A stretch of 64,000 nt of DNA, taken from Auanema rhodensis. Taxonomy: Eukaryota; Animalia; Nematoda. The position numbers were made by a program, and so were the translations under genes. Below, piece by piece: positions 50,101 to 64,000 of this stretch. The stretch is taken from NCBI GenBank assembly GCA_964057225.1, contig OZ059896.1, positions 11,718,001 through 11,782,000 of the forward strand, written 5' to 3'. The notes beneath the pieces were generated by a model. That model saw nothing but the letters and a program-made list of their open reading frames with translations. It searched no databases and had not been told where the DNA came from. The stretch's first letter is position 1, and the number at the start of each line of letters is the position of its first letter.

Positions 50101-53100
50101 ATATAAAATATTTAAATGTTTCAGTTTTTGAGCATCACAATATTGAAATTTAAATGTTTTTTAATGATTAAAAATTTGAAAAATGAAATTATGAAATTGT
50201 GGTAGAATTAAAAAATTGTATAAAATATGGGATTAAATAAAATAGATGGAGTTAAATGGTTTAGAAAATACAAAATATTTAAATGTTTCAGTTTTTGAGC
50301 ATCACAATACTGAAATTTAAACGTTTTTCAATGATTAAAATATTAAAAAATGAAATTATGAAATAGTGGTAGAAATATAAAATTGTTTAAAAAATGGAAT
50401 TAAATAAAAGAGATGGAGTGAAAAAATGGTTTAGAAAATATAAAATATTTAAATGTTTCAGTTTTTGAGCATCACAATATTGAAATTTAAATGTTTTTTA
50501 ATGATTAAAAATTTGAAAAATGAAATTATGAAATTGTGGTAGAAATATAAAATTGTTTAAAATATGGAATTAAATAAAAGAGATGGAGTGAAATGGTTTA
50601 GAAAATACAAAATATTTAAATGTTTCAGTTTTGATCATCACAATATTAAAATTTAAATGTTTTTTAATGATTAAAAATTTGAAAAATGAAATTATGAAAT
50701 TGTGGTAGAAATATAAAATTGTTTAAAATATGGAATTAAATGAAAGAGATGGAGTGAAATGGTTTAGAAAATACAAAATATTTGAATGTTTCAGTTTTTG
50801 ATCATCACAATATTGAAATTTAAATGTTTTTTAATAATTAAAAATTTAAAAAATAAAATTATGAAATAGTGGTAAAAATATAAAATTGTTTAAAATATGG
50901 GATTAAATAAAATAGATGGAGTGAAATGGTTTAGAAAATACAAAATATTTGAATGTTTCAGTTTTTGATCATCACAATATTGAAATTTAAATGTTTTTTA
51001 ATGATTGAAAATTTAAAAAATGAAATTATGAAATTGTGGTAGAATTAAAAAATTGTATAAAATATGGGATTAAATAAAATAGATAGAGTGAAATGGTTTA
51101 GAAAATACAAAATATTTAAATGTTTCAGTTTTTGAGCATCACAATATTGAAATTTAAATGTTTTTTAATGATTAAAAATTTGAAAAATGAAATTATGAAA
51201 TTGTGGTAGAAATATAAAATTGTTTAAAATATGGAATTAAATAAAAGAGATGGAGTGAAATGGTTTAGAAAATACAAAATATTTAAATGTTTCAGTTTTG
51301 ATCATCACAATATTAAAATTTAAATGTTTTTTAATAATTAAAAATTTAAAAAATAAAATTATGAAATAGTGGTAAAAATATAAAATTGTTTGAAATATGG
51401 GATTAAATAAAATAGATGGAGTGAAATGGTTTAGAAAATACAAAATATTTGAATGTTTCAGTTTTTGATCATCACAATATTGAAATTTAAATGTTTTTTA
51501 ATGATTAAAAATTTGAAAAATGAAATTATGAAATTGTGGTAGAAATATAAAATTGTTTAAAATATGGAATTAAATGAAAGAGATGGAGTGAAATGGTTTA
51601 GAAAATACAAAATATTTAAATGTTTCAGTTTTGATCATCACAATATTAAAATTTAAATGTTTTTTAATAATTAAAAATTTAAAAAATAAGATTATGAAAT
51701 AGTGGTAAAAATATAAAATTGTTTAAAATATGGGATTAAATAAAATAGATGGAGTGAAATGGTTTAGAAAATACAAAATATTTGAATGTTTCAGTTTTTG
51801 AGCATCACAATATTAAAATTTAAATGTTTTTTAATGATTGAAAATTTAAAAAATAAAATTATGAAATTGTGGTAGAATTAAAAAATTGTATAAAATATGG
51901 GATTAAATAAAATAGATGGAGTGAAATGGTTTAGAAAATACAAAATATTTAAATGTTTCAGTTTTTGAGCATCACAATACTGAAATTTAAATGTTTTTCA
52001 ATGATTAAAATATTAAAAAATGAAATTATGAAATAGTGGTAGAAATATAAAATTGTTTAAAATATGGAATTAAATAAAAGAGATGGAGTGAAATGGTTTA
52101 GAAAAAACAAAATATTTGAATGTTTCAGTTTTTGATCATCACAATATTGAAATTTAAATGTTTTTTAATGATTGAAAATTTAAAAAATGAAATTATGAAA
52201 TTGTGGTAGAATTAAAAAATTGTATAAAATATGGGATTAAATAAAATAGATAGAGTGAAATGGTTTAGAAAATACAAAATATTTAAATGTTTCAGTTTTT
52301 GATCATCACAATATTGAAATTTAAATGTTTTTTAATGATTAAAAATTTGAAAAATGAAATTATGAAATTGTGGTAGAAATATAAAATTGTTTAAAATATG
52401 GAATTAAATGAAAGAGATGGAGTGAAATGGTTTAGAAAATACAAAATATTTAAATGTTTCAGTTTTGATCATCACAATATTAAAATTTAAATGTTTTTTA
52501 ATAATTAAAAATTTAAAAAATAAGATTATGAAATAGTGGTAAAAATATAAAATTGTTTAAAATATGGGATTAAATAAAATAGATGGAGTGAAATGGTTTA
52601 GAAAATACAAAATATTTGAATGTTTCAGTTTTTGAGCATCACAATATTAAAATTTAAATGTTTTTTAATGATTGAAAATTTAAAAAATGAAATTATGAAA
52701 TTGTGGTAGAATTAAAAAATTGTATAAAATATGGGATTAAATAAAATAGATGGAGTGAAATGGTTTAGAAAATACAAAATATTTAAATGTTTCAGTTTTT
52801 GAGCATCACAATACTGAAATTTAAATGTTTTTCAATGATTGAAATATTAAAAAATGAAATTATGAAATAGTGGTAAAAATATAAAATTGTTTAAAATATG
52901 GGATTAAATAAAAGAGATGGAGTGAAATGGTTTAGAAAATACAAAATATTTGAATGTTTCAGTTTTTGATCATCACAATATTGAAATTTAAATGTTTTTT
53001 AATAATTAAAAATTTAAAAATTTAAAAAATGAAATTATGAAATAGTGGTAAAAATATAAAATTGTTCAAAATATGGGATTAAATAAAAGAGATGGAGTGA

Positions 53101-56100
53101 AATGGTTTAGAAAATACAAAATATTTATATGTTTCAGTTCTTGAGCATCACAATATTGAAATTTAAATGTTTTTTAATGATTAAAATTTAAAAAATGAAA
53201 TTATGGAATTGTGGTAGAAGTATAAAATTGTTTAAAATATGGAATTAAATGAAAGAGATGGAGTGAAATGGTTTAGAAAATACAAAATATTTAAATGTTT
53301 CAGTTTTTGAGCATCACAATATTGAAATTTAAATGTTTTTTAATGATTGAAAATTTAAAAAATGAAATTATGAAATTGTGGTAGAATTAAAAAATTGTAT
53401 AAAATATGGGATTAAATAAAATAGATGGAGTTAAATGGTTTAGAAAATACAAAATATTTAAATGTTTCAGTTTTTGAGCATCACAATACTGAAATTTAAA
53501 CGTTTTTCAATGATTAAAATATTAAAAAATGAAATTATGAAATAGTGGTAGAAATATAAAATTGTTTAAAAAATGGAATTAAATAAAAGAGATGGAGTGA
53601 AAAAATGGTTTAGAAAATATAAAATATTTAAATGTTTCAGTTTTTGAGCATCACAATATTGAAATTTAAATGTTTTTTAATGATTAAAAATTTGAAAAAT
53701 GAAATTATGAAATTGTGGTAGAAATATAAAATTGTTTAAAATATGGGATTAAATAAAATAGATGGAGTGAAATGGTTTAGAAAATACAAAATATTTAAAT
53801 GTTTCAGTTTTGATCATCACAATATTAAAATTTAAATGTTTTTTAATGATTAAAAATTTGAAAAATGAAATTATGAAATTGTGGTAGAATTAAAAAATTG
53901 TTTAAAATATGGAATTAAATAAAAGAGATGGAGTGAAATGGTTTAGAAAATACAAAATATTTAAATGTTTCAGTTTTGATCATCACAATATTAAAATTTA
54001 AATGTTTTTTAATAATTAAAAATTTAAAAAATAAAATTATGAAATAGTGGTAAAAATATAAAATTGTTTAAAATATGGGATTAAATAAAATAGATGGAGT
54101 GAAATGGTTTAGAAAATACAAAATATTTGAATGTTTCAGTTTTTGATCATCACAATATTGAAATTTAAATGTTTTTTAATGATTGAAAATTTAAAAAATG
54201 AAATTATGAAATTGTGGTAGAATTAAAAAATTGTATAAAATATGGGATTAAATAAAATAGATAGAGTGAAATGGTTTAGAAAATACAAAATATTTAAATG
54301 TTTCAGTTTTTGAGCATCACAATACTGAAATTTAAATGTTTTTCAATGATTAAAATATTAAAAAATGAAATTATGAAATAGTGGTAGAAATATAAAATTG
54401 TTTAAAATATGGAATTAAATAAAAGAGATGGAGTGAAATGGTTTAGAAAAAACAAAATATTTGAATGTTTCAGTTTTTGATCATCACAATATTGAAATTT
54501 AAATGTTTTTTAATGATTGAAAATTTAAAAAATGAAATTATGAAATTGTGGTAGAATTAAAAAATTGTATAAAATATGGGATTAAATAAAATAGATAGAG
54601 TGAAATGGTTTAGAAAATACAAAATATTTAAATGTTTCAGTTTTTGAGCATCACAATATTGAAATTTAAATGTTTTTTAATGATTAAAAATTTGAAAAAT
54701 GAAATTATGAAATTGTGGTAGGAATATAAAATTGTTTAAAATATGGGATTAAATAAAATAGATGGAGAGAAATGGTTTAGAAAATACAAAATATTTGAAT
54801 GTTTCAGTTTTTGATCATCACAATATTGAAATTTAAATGTTTTTTAATGATTAAAAATTTGAAAAATGAAATTATGAAATTGTGGTAGAAATATAAAATT
54901 GTTTAAAATATGGAATTAAATGAAAGAGATGGAGTGAAATGGTTTAGAAAATACAAAATATTTAAATGTTTCAGTTTTGATCATCACAATATTAAAATTT
55001 AAATGTTTTTTAATAATTAAAAATTTAAAAAATAAGATTATGAAATAGTGGTAAAAATATAAAATTGTTTAAAATATGGGATTAAATAAAATAGATGGAG
55101 TGAAATGGTTTAGAAAATACAAAATATTTGAATGTTTCAGTTTTTGAGCATCACAATATTAAAATTTAAATGTTTTTTAATGATTGAAAATTTAAAAAAT
55201 GAAATTATGAAATTGTGGTAGAATTAAAAAATTGTATAAAATATGGGATTAAATAAAATAGATGGAGTGAAATGGTTTAGAAAATACAAAATATTTAAAT
55301 GTTTCAGTTTTTGAGCATCACAATACTGAAATTTAAATGTTTTTCAATGATTAAAATATTAAAAAATGAAATTATGAAATAGTGGTAAAAATATAAAATT
55401 GTTTAAAATATGGGATTAAATAAAAGAGATGGAGTGAAATGGTTTAGAAAATATAAAATATTTAAATGTTCCAGTTTTTGAGCATCACAATATTGAAATT
55501 TAAGTGTTTTTTAATGATTAAAAATTTTAAGAATGAAATTATGAAATAGTGGTAAAAATATAAAATTGTTTAAAATATGGGATTAAATAAAAGAGATGGA
55601 GTGAAATGGTTTAGAAAATATAAAATATTTAAATGTTTCAGTTTTTGATCATCACAATATTGAAATTTAAATGTTTTTTAATGATTAAAAATTTGAAAAC
55701 TTAAAAAATGAAATTATGAAATAGTGGTAAAAATATAAAATTGTTTAAAATATGGGATTAAATAAAATAGATGTAGTGAAATGGTTTAGAAAATACAAAA
55801 TATTTAAATGTTTCAGTTTTTGAGCATCACAATATTGAAATTTAAATGTTTTTTAATGATTAAAAATTTGAAAACTTAAAAAATGAAATTATGAAATAGT
55901 GGTAAAAATATAAAATTGTTTAAAATATGGGATTAAATAAAAGAGATGGAGTGAAATGGTTTAGAAAATACAAAATATTTAAATGTTTCAGTTTTTGAGC
56001 ATCACAATATTAAAATTTAAATGTTTTTTAATGATTAAAAATTTGAAAAATGAAATTATGAAATTGTGGTAGAAATATAAAATTGTTTAAAATATGGAAT

Positions 56101-59100
56101 TAAATAAAAGAGATGGAGTGAAATGGTTTAGAAAATATAAAATATTTAAATGTTTCAGTTTTTGATCATCACAATATTGAAATTTAAATGTTTTTTAATA
56201 ATTAAAAATTTAAAAATTTAAAAAATAAAATTATGAAATAGTGGTAAAAATATAAAATTGTTTAAAATATGGGATTAAATAAAAGAGATAGAGTGAAATG
56301 GTTTAGAAAATACAAAATATTTAAATGTTTCAGTTTTTGAGCATCACAATATTGAAATTTAAATGTTTTTTAATGTTTAAAAATTTTAAGAATGAAATTA
56401 TGAAATAGTGGTAAAAATATAAAATTGTTTAAAATATGAGATTAAATAAAATAGATGGAGTGAAATGGTTTAGAAAATACAAAATATTTGAATGTTTCAG
56501 TTTTTGAGCATCACAATACTGAAATTTAAATGTTTTTCAATGATTAAAATATTAAAAAATGAAATTATGAAATAGTGGTAGAAATATAAAATTGTTTAAA
56601 AAATAGAATTAAATAAAATAGATGTAGTGAAATGGTTTAGAAAATACAAAATATTTAAATGTTTCAGTTTTTGAGCATCACAATATTGAAATTTAAATGT
56701 TTTTTAATGATTAAAAATTTGAAAAATGAAATTATGAAATAGTGGTAAAAATATAAAATTGTTTAAAAAATGGAATTAAATAAAATAGATGTAGTGAAAT
56801 GGTTTAGAAAATACAAAATATTTAAATGTTTCAGTTTTTGAGCATCACAATATTGAAATTTAAATGTTTTTTAATGATTAAAAATTTGAAAATTTAAAAA
56901 ATGAAATTATGAAATAGTGGTAAAAATATAAAATTGTTTAAAATATGGGATTAAATAAAAGAGATGGAGTGAAATGGTTTAGAAAATACAAAATATTTAA
57001 ATGTTTCAGTTTTTGATCATCACAATATTGAAATTTAAATGTTTTTTAATAATTAAAAATTTAAGAATTTAAAAAATGAAATTATGAAATAGTGGTGAAA
57101 ATATAAAATTGTTTAAAATATGGGATTAAATAAAAGAGATGGAGTGAAATGGTTTAGAAAAAACAAAATATTTAAATGTTTCAGTTTTTGAGCATCACAG
57201 TATTCAAAATTTAAATGTTTTTTAATAATTAAAAAGTTAAAAAATAAGATTATGAAATAGTGGTAAAAATATAAAATTGTTTAAAATATGGGATTAAATA
57301 AAATAGATGGAGTGAAATGGTTTAGAAAATACAAAATATTTAAATGTTTCAGTTTTTGAGCATCACAATATTGAAATTTAAATGTTTTTTAATGATTAAA
57401 AATTTGAAAACTTAAAAAATGAAATTATGAAATAGTGGTAAAAATATAAAATTGTTTAAAATATCTGATTAAATAAAATAGATGGAGTGAAATGGTTTAG
57501 AAAATACAAAATATTTAAATGTTTCAGTTTTGATCATCACAATATTAAAATTTAAATGTTTTTTAATAATTAAAAAGTTAAAAAATAAGATTATGAAATA
57601 GTGGTAAAAATATAAAATTGTTTAAAATATGGGATTAAATAAAATAGATGGAGTGAAATGGTTTAGAAAATACAAAATATTTAAATGTTTCAGTTTTTTA
57701 GCATCACAATATTGAAATTTAAATGTTTTTTAATGATTAAAATTTAAAAAATGAAATTATGGAATTGTGGTAGAAATATAAAATGTTTAAAATATGGGAT
57801 TAAATAAAATAGATGGAGTGAAATGGTTTAGAAAATACAAAATATTTAAATGTTTCAGTTTTTGAGCATCACAATACTGAAATTTAAATGTTTTTCAATG
57901 ATTAAAATATTAAAAAATGAAATTATGAAATTGTGGTAGAAATATAAAATTGTTTAAAATATGGAATTAAATAAAAGAGATAGAGTGAAATGGTTTAGAA
58001 AATACAAAATATTTAAATGTTTCAGTTTTTGAGCATCACAATATTAAAATTTAAATGTTTTTTAATGATTAAAAATTTGAAAAATGAAATTATGAAATTG
58101 TGGTAGAAATATAAAATTGTTTAAAATATGGAATTAAATAAAAGAGATGGAGTGAAATGGTTTAGAAAATATAAAATATTTAAATGTTTCAATTTTTGAT
58201 CATCACAATATTGAAATTTAAATGTTTTTTAATGATTAAAAATTTGAAAACTTAAAAAATGAAATTATGAAATAGTGGTAAAAATATAAAATTGTTTAAA
58301 ATATGGGATTAAATAAAATAGATGTAGTGAAATGGTTTAGAAAATACAAAATATTTAAATGTTTCAGTTTTTGAGCATCACAATATTGAAATTTAAATGT
58401 TTTTTAATGATTAAAAATTTGAAAACTTAAAAAATGAAATTATGAAATAGTGGTAAAAATATAAAATTGTTTAAAATATGGGATTAAATAAAATAGATGG
58501 AGTGAAATGGTTTAGAAAATACAAAATATTTAAATGTTTCAGTTTTTGAGCATCACAATACTGAAATTTAAATGTTTTTCAATGATTAAAATATTAAAAA
58601 ATGAAATTATGAAATAGTGGTATATAAAATTGTTTAAAAAATAGAATTAAATAAAATAGATGTAGTGAAATGGTTTAGAAAATACAAAATATTTAAATGT
58701 TTCAGTTCTTGAGCATCACAATATTGAAATTTAAATGTTTTTTAATAATTAAAAATTTAAGAATTTAAAAAATGAAATTATGAAATAGTGGTGAAAATAT
58801 AAAATTGTTTAAAATATGGGATTAAATAAAAGAGATGGAGTGAAATGGTTTAGAAAAAACAAAATATTTAAATGTTTCAGTTTTGATCATCACAATATTA
58901 AAATTTAAATGTTTTTTAATAATTAAAAAGTTAAAAAATAAGATTATGAAATAGTGGTAAAAATATAAAATTGTTTAAAATATGGGATTAAATAAAATAG
59001 ATGGAGTGAAATGGTTTAGAAAATACAAAATATTTAAATGTTTCAGTTTTTGAGCATCACAATACTGAAATTTAAATGTTTTTCAATGATTAAAATATTA

Positions 59101-62100
59101 AAAAATGAAATTATGAAATTGTGGTAGAAATATAAAATTATTTAAAATATGGGATTAAATAAAATAGATGGAGTGAAATGGTTTAGAAAATACAAAATAT
59201 TTGAATGTTTCAGTTTTTGATCATCACAATATTGAAATTTAAATGTTTTTTAATGATTAAAAATTTTAAAAATGAAATTATGAAATTGTGGTAGAATTGA
59301 AAAATTGTATAAAATATGGGATTAAATAAAATAGATAGAGTGAAATGGTTTAGAAAAAACAAAATATTTAAATGTTTCAGTTTTGATCATCACAATATTG
59401 AAATTTAAATGTTTTTTAATAATTAAAAAGTTAAAAAATAAGATTATGAAATAGTGGTAAAAATATAAAATTGTTTAAAATATGGGATTAAATAAAATAG
59501 ATGGAGTGAAATGGTTTAGAAAATACAAAATATTTAAATGTTTCAGTTTTTGAGCATCACAATACTGAAATTTAAATGTTTTTCAATGATTAAAATATTA
59601 AAAAATGAAATTATGAAATTGTGGTAGAAATATAAAATTGTTTAAAATATGGGATTAAATAAAATAGATGGAGTGAAATGGTTTAGAAAATACAAAATAT
59701 TTGAATGTTTCAGTTTTTGATCATCACAATAATGAAATTTAAATGTTTTTTAATGATTAAAAATTTTAAAAATGAAATTATGAAATTGTGGTAGAATTGA
59801 AAAATTGTATAAAATATGGGATTAAATAAAATAGATAGAGTGAAATGGTTTAGAAAATACAAAATATTTAAATGTTTCAGTTTTTGAGCATCACAATATT
59901 GAAATTTAAATGTTTTTTAATGATTAAAAATTTGAAAACTTAAAAAATGAAATTATGAAATTGTGGTAGAAATATAAAATTGTTTAAAATATGGGATTAA
60001 ATAAAATAGATGTAGTGAAATGGTTTAGAAAATACAAAATATTTAAATGTTTCAGTTTTGATCATCACAATATTAAAATTTAAATGTTTTTTAATAATTA
60101 AAAATTTAAAAAATAAGATCATGAAATAGTGGTAAAAATATAAAATTGTTTAAAATATGGGATTAAATAAAATAGATGGAGTGAAATGGTTTAGAAAATA
60201 CAAAATATTTGAATGTTCCAGTTTTTGAGCATCACAATATTGAAATTTAAGTGTTTTTTAATGATTAAAAATTTTAAGAATGAAATTATGAAATAGTGGT
60301 AAAAATATAAAATTGTTTAAAATATGGGATTAAATAAAAGAGATGGAGTGAAATGGTTTAGAAAATACAAAATATTTAAATGTTTCAGTTTTTGATCATC
60401 ACAATATTGAAATTTAAATGTTTTTTAATAATTAAAAATTTAAGAATTTAAAAAATGAAATTATGAAATAGTGGTGAAAATATAAAATTGTTTAAAATAT
60501 GGGATTAAATAAAAGAGATGGAGTGAAATGGTTTAGAAAAAACAAAATATTTAAATGTTTCAGTTTTTGAGCATCACAGTATTCAAAATTTAAATGTTTT
60601 TTAATGATGAAAAATTTAAGAATAAAATTATGAAATAGTGGTAGAATTATGAAATTGTTTGAAATATGGAATTAAATAAAATAGATGTAGTGAAATGGTT
60701 TAGAAAATACAAAATATTTAAATGTTTCAGTTTTTGAGCATCACAATATTGAAATTTAAATGTTTTTTAATGATTAAAAATTTGAAAAATGAAATTATGA
60801 AATAGTGGTAAAAATATAAAATTGTATAAAATATGGGATTAAATAAAATAGATGGAGTGAAATGGTTTAGAAAATACAAAATATTTAAATGTTTCAGTTT
60901 TTGAGCATCACAATACTGAAATTTAAATGTTTTTCAATGATTAAAATAATAAAAAATGAAATTATGAAATTGTGGTAGAAATATAAAATTGTTTAAAATA
61001 TGGGATTAAATAAAATAGATGGAGTGAAATGGTTTAGAAAATACAAAATATTTGAATGTTTCAGTTTTTGATCATCACAATATTGAAATTTAAATGTTTT
61101 TTAATGATTAAAAATTTAAAAAATGAAATTATGAAATTGTGGTAGAATTGAAAAATTGTATAAAATATGGGATTAAATAAAATAGATAGAGTGAAATGGT
61201 TTAGAAAATACAAAATATTTAAATGTTTCAGTTCTTGAGCATCACAATATTGAAATTTAAATGTTTTTTAATGATTGAAAATTTAAAAAATGAAATTATG
61301 AAATTGTGGTAGAATTAAAAAATTGTATAAAATATGGGATTAAATAAAATAGATAGAGTGAAATGGTTTAGAAAATACAAAATATTTAAATGTTTCAGTT
61401 TTTGAGCATCACAATATTGAAATTTAAATGTTTTTTAATGATTAAAAATTTGAAAAATGAAATTATGAAATTGTGGTAGAAATATAAAATTGTTTAAAAT
61501 ATGGGATTAAATAAAATAGATGGAGTGAAATGGTTTAGAAAATACAAAATATTTGAATGTTTCAGTTTTTGATCATCACAATATTGAAATTTAAATGTTT
61601 TTTAATGATTAAAAATTTGAAAAATGAAATTATGAAATTGTGGTAGAAATATAAAATTGTTTAAAATATGGGATTAAATAAAATAGATAGAGTGAAATGG
61701 TTTAGAAAATACAAAATATTTAAATGTTTCAGTTTTTGAGCATCACAATATTGAAATTTAAATGTTTTTTAATGATTAAAAATTTGAAAAATGAAATTAT
61801 GAAATTGTGGTAGAAATATAAAATTGTTTAAAATATGGGATTAAATAAAATAGATGGAGTGAAATGGTTTAGAAAATACAAAATATTTGAATGTTTCAGT
61901 TTTTGATCATCACAATATTGAAATTTAAATGTTTTTTAATGATTAAAAATTTGAAAAATGAAATTATGAAATTGTGGTAGAAATATAAAATTGTTTAAAA
62001 TATGGAATTAAATGAAAGAGATGGAGTGAAATGGTTTAGAAAATACAAAATATTTAAATGTTTCAGTTTTGATCATCACAATATTGAAATTCAAGTGTTT

Positions 62101-64000
62101 TTTAATGATTAAAAATTTTAAGAATGAAATTATGAAATAGTGGTAAAAATATAAAATTGTTTAAAATATGGGATTAAATAAAAGAGATGGAGTGAAATGG
62201 TTTAGAAAATATAAAATATTTAAATGTTCCAGTTTTTGAGCATCACAATATTGAAATTCAAGTGTTTTTTAATGATTAAAAATTTTAAGAATGAAATTAT
62301 GAAATAGTGGTAAAAATATAAAATTGTTTAAAATATGGGATTAAATAAAAGAGATGGAGTGAAATGGTTTAGAAAATACAAAATATTTAAATGTTTCAGT
62401 TTTTGAGCATCACAATACTGAAATTTAAATGTTTTTTAATGATTAAAAATTTGAAAAATGAAATTATGAAATAGTGGTAAAAATATAAAATTGTATAAAA
62501 TATGGGATTAAATAAAATAGATGGAGTGAAATGGTTTAGAAAATACAAAATATTTAAATGTTTCAGTTTTTGAGCATCACAATATTAAAATTTAAGTGTT
62601 TTTTAATGATTAAAAATTTGAAAAATGAAATTATGAAATAGTGGTAAAAATATAAAATTGTTTAAAATATGGGATTAAATAAAAGAGATGGAGTGAAATG
62701 GTTTAGAAAATACAAAATATTTAAATGTTTCAGTTTTTGAGCATCACAATACTGAAATTTAAATGTTTTTCAATGATTAAAATAATAAAAAATGAAATTA
62801 TGAAATTGTGGTAGAAATATAAAATTGTTTAAAATATGGGATTAAATAAAATAGATGGAGTGAAATGGTTTAGAAAATACAAAATATTTGAATGTTTCAG
62901 TTTTTGATCATCACAATATTGAAATTTAAATGTTTTTTAATGATTAAAAATTTGAAAAATGAAATTATGAAATTGTGGTAGAAATATAAAATTGTTTAAA
63001 ATATGGAATTAAATGAAAGAGATGGAGTGAAATGGTTTAGAAAATACAAAATATTTAAATGTTTCAGTTTTGATCATCACAATATTAAAATTTAAATGTT
63101 TTTTAATAATTAAAAATTTAAAAAATAAGATTATGAAATAGTGGTAAAAATATAAAATTGTTTAAAATATGGGATTAAATAAAATAGATGGAGTGAAATG
63201 GTTTAGAAAATACAAAATATTTGAATGTTTCAGTTTTTGAGCATCACAATATTAAAATTTAAATGTTTTTTAATGATTGAAAATTTAAAAAATGAAATTA
63301 TGAAATTGTGGTAGAATTAAAAAATTGTATAAAATATGGGATTAAATAAAATAGATGGAGTGAAATGGTTTAGAAAATACAAAAAATTTAAATGTTTCAG
63401 TTTTTGAGCATCACAATACTGAAATTTAAATGTTTTTCAATGATTAAAATATTAAAAAATGAAATTATGAAATAGTGGTAAAAATATAAAATTGTTTAAA
63501 ATATGGGATTAAATAAAAGAGATGGAGTGAAATGGTTTAGAAAATATAAAATATTTAAATGTTCCAGTTTTTGAGCATCACAATATTGAAATTTAAGTGT
63601 TTTTTAATGATTAAAAATTTTAAGAATGAAATTATGAAATAGTGGTAAAAATATAAAATTGTTTAAAATATGGGATTAAATAAAAGAGATGGAGTGAAAT
63701 GGTTTAGAAAATACAAAATATTTAAATGTTTCAGTTTTTGATCATCACAATATTGAAATTTAAATGTTTTTTAATAATTAAAAATTTAAGAATTTAAAAA
63801 ATGAAATTATGAAATAGTGGTGAAAATATAAAATTGTTTAAAATATGGGATTAAATAAAAGAGATGGAGTGAAATGGTTTAGAAAAAACAAAATATTTAA
63901 ATGTTTCAGTTTTTGAGCATCACAGTATTCAAAATTTAAATGTTTTTTAATGATGAAAAATTTAAGAATGAAATTATGAAATAGTGGTAGAATTAAAAAA
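35102..64000 (+). repeat. 167-bp satellite sub-family C, about 170 monomers, uninterrupted, with 166- and 175-bp variants and local higher-order repeats
   Basis: Consensus gaaattatgaaatagtggtagaaatataaaattgtttaaaatatggaattaaataaaagagatggagtgaaatggtttagaaaatacaaaatatttaaatgtttcagtttttgatcatcacaatattgaaatttaaatgttttttaatgattaaaaatttaaaaaat. Variants gggatt, gtaaaaa and an 8-bp duplication. Confidence 0.99.

Noticed and set aside
51237-51443. 68-aa ORF in satellite
   Set aside because: Chance open frame in a repeat monomer; low-complexity F/I/K product.
35102-64000. Telomeric repeats, rRNA, tRNA or SL-RNA genes in the tandem array
   Set aside because: I saw no TTAGGC/TTAGGG runs or recognisable structural RNA motifs, and the monomer is extremely AT-rich.

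Overview
Eukaryotic, probably nematode, heterochromatin. The host call is inferred from 42-59 nt introns, a TTTCAG-type acceptor, tRNA-Pro and tRNA-Gly primer sites, and a BEL element with a putative phlebovirus-type env remnant. About 70% of the window is a very AT-rich 167-bp tandem satellite in several sub-families and two orientations. Four kinds of insert interrupt it. (1) An internally deleted BEL/Pao LTR retrotransposon at 1830-8548, plus part of another copy's LTR at 1-244. (2) A gag-less Ty3/Gypsy element at 10769-15627, followed by nine solo LTRs, all at the same base of the monomer and amplified as part of a higher-order repeat. (3) A second, broken Gypsy family on the minus strand at 29492-31934, with a solo LTR at 32463-32921. 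(4) The main find, at 33037-35101: an intron-rich tyrosine-recombinase gene, Crypton-like and now decayed. The ORF track misses it because eight short introns split it. All three satellite orientation switches coincide with a non-satellite insert, and one of them is the recombinase gene.
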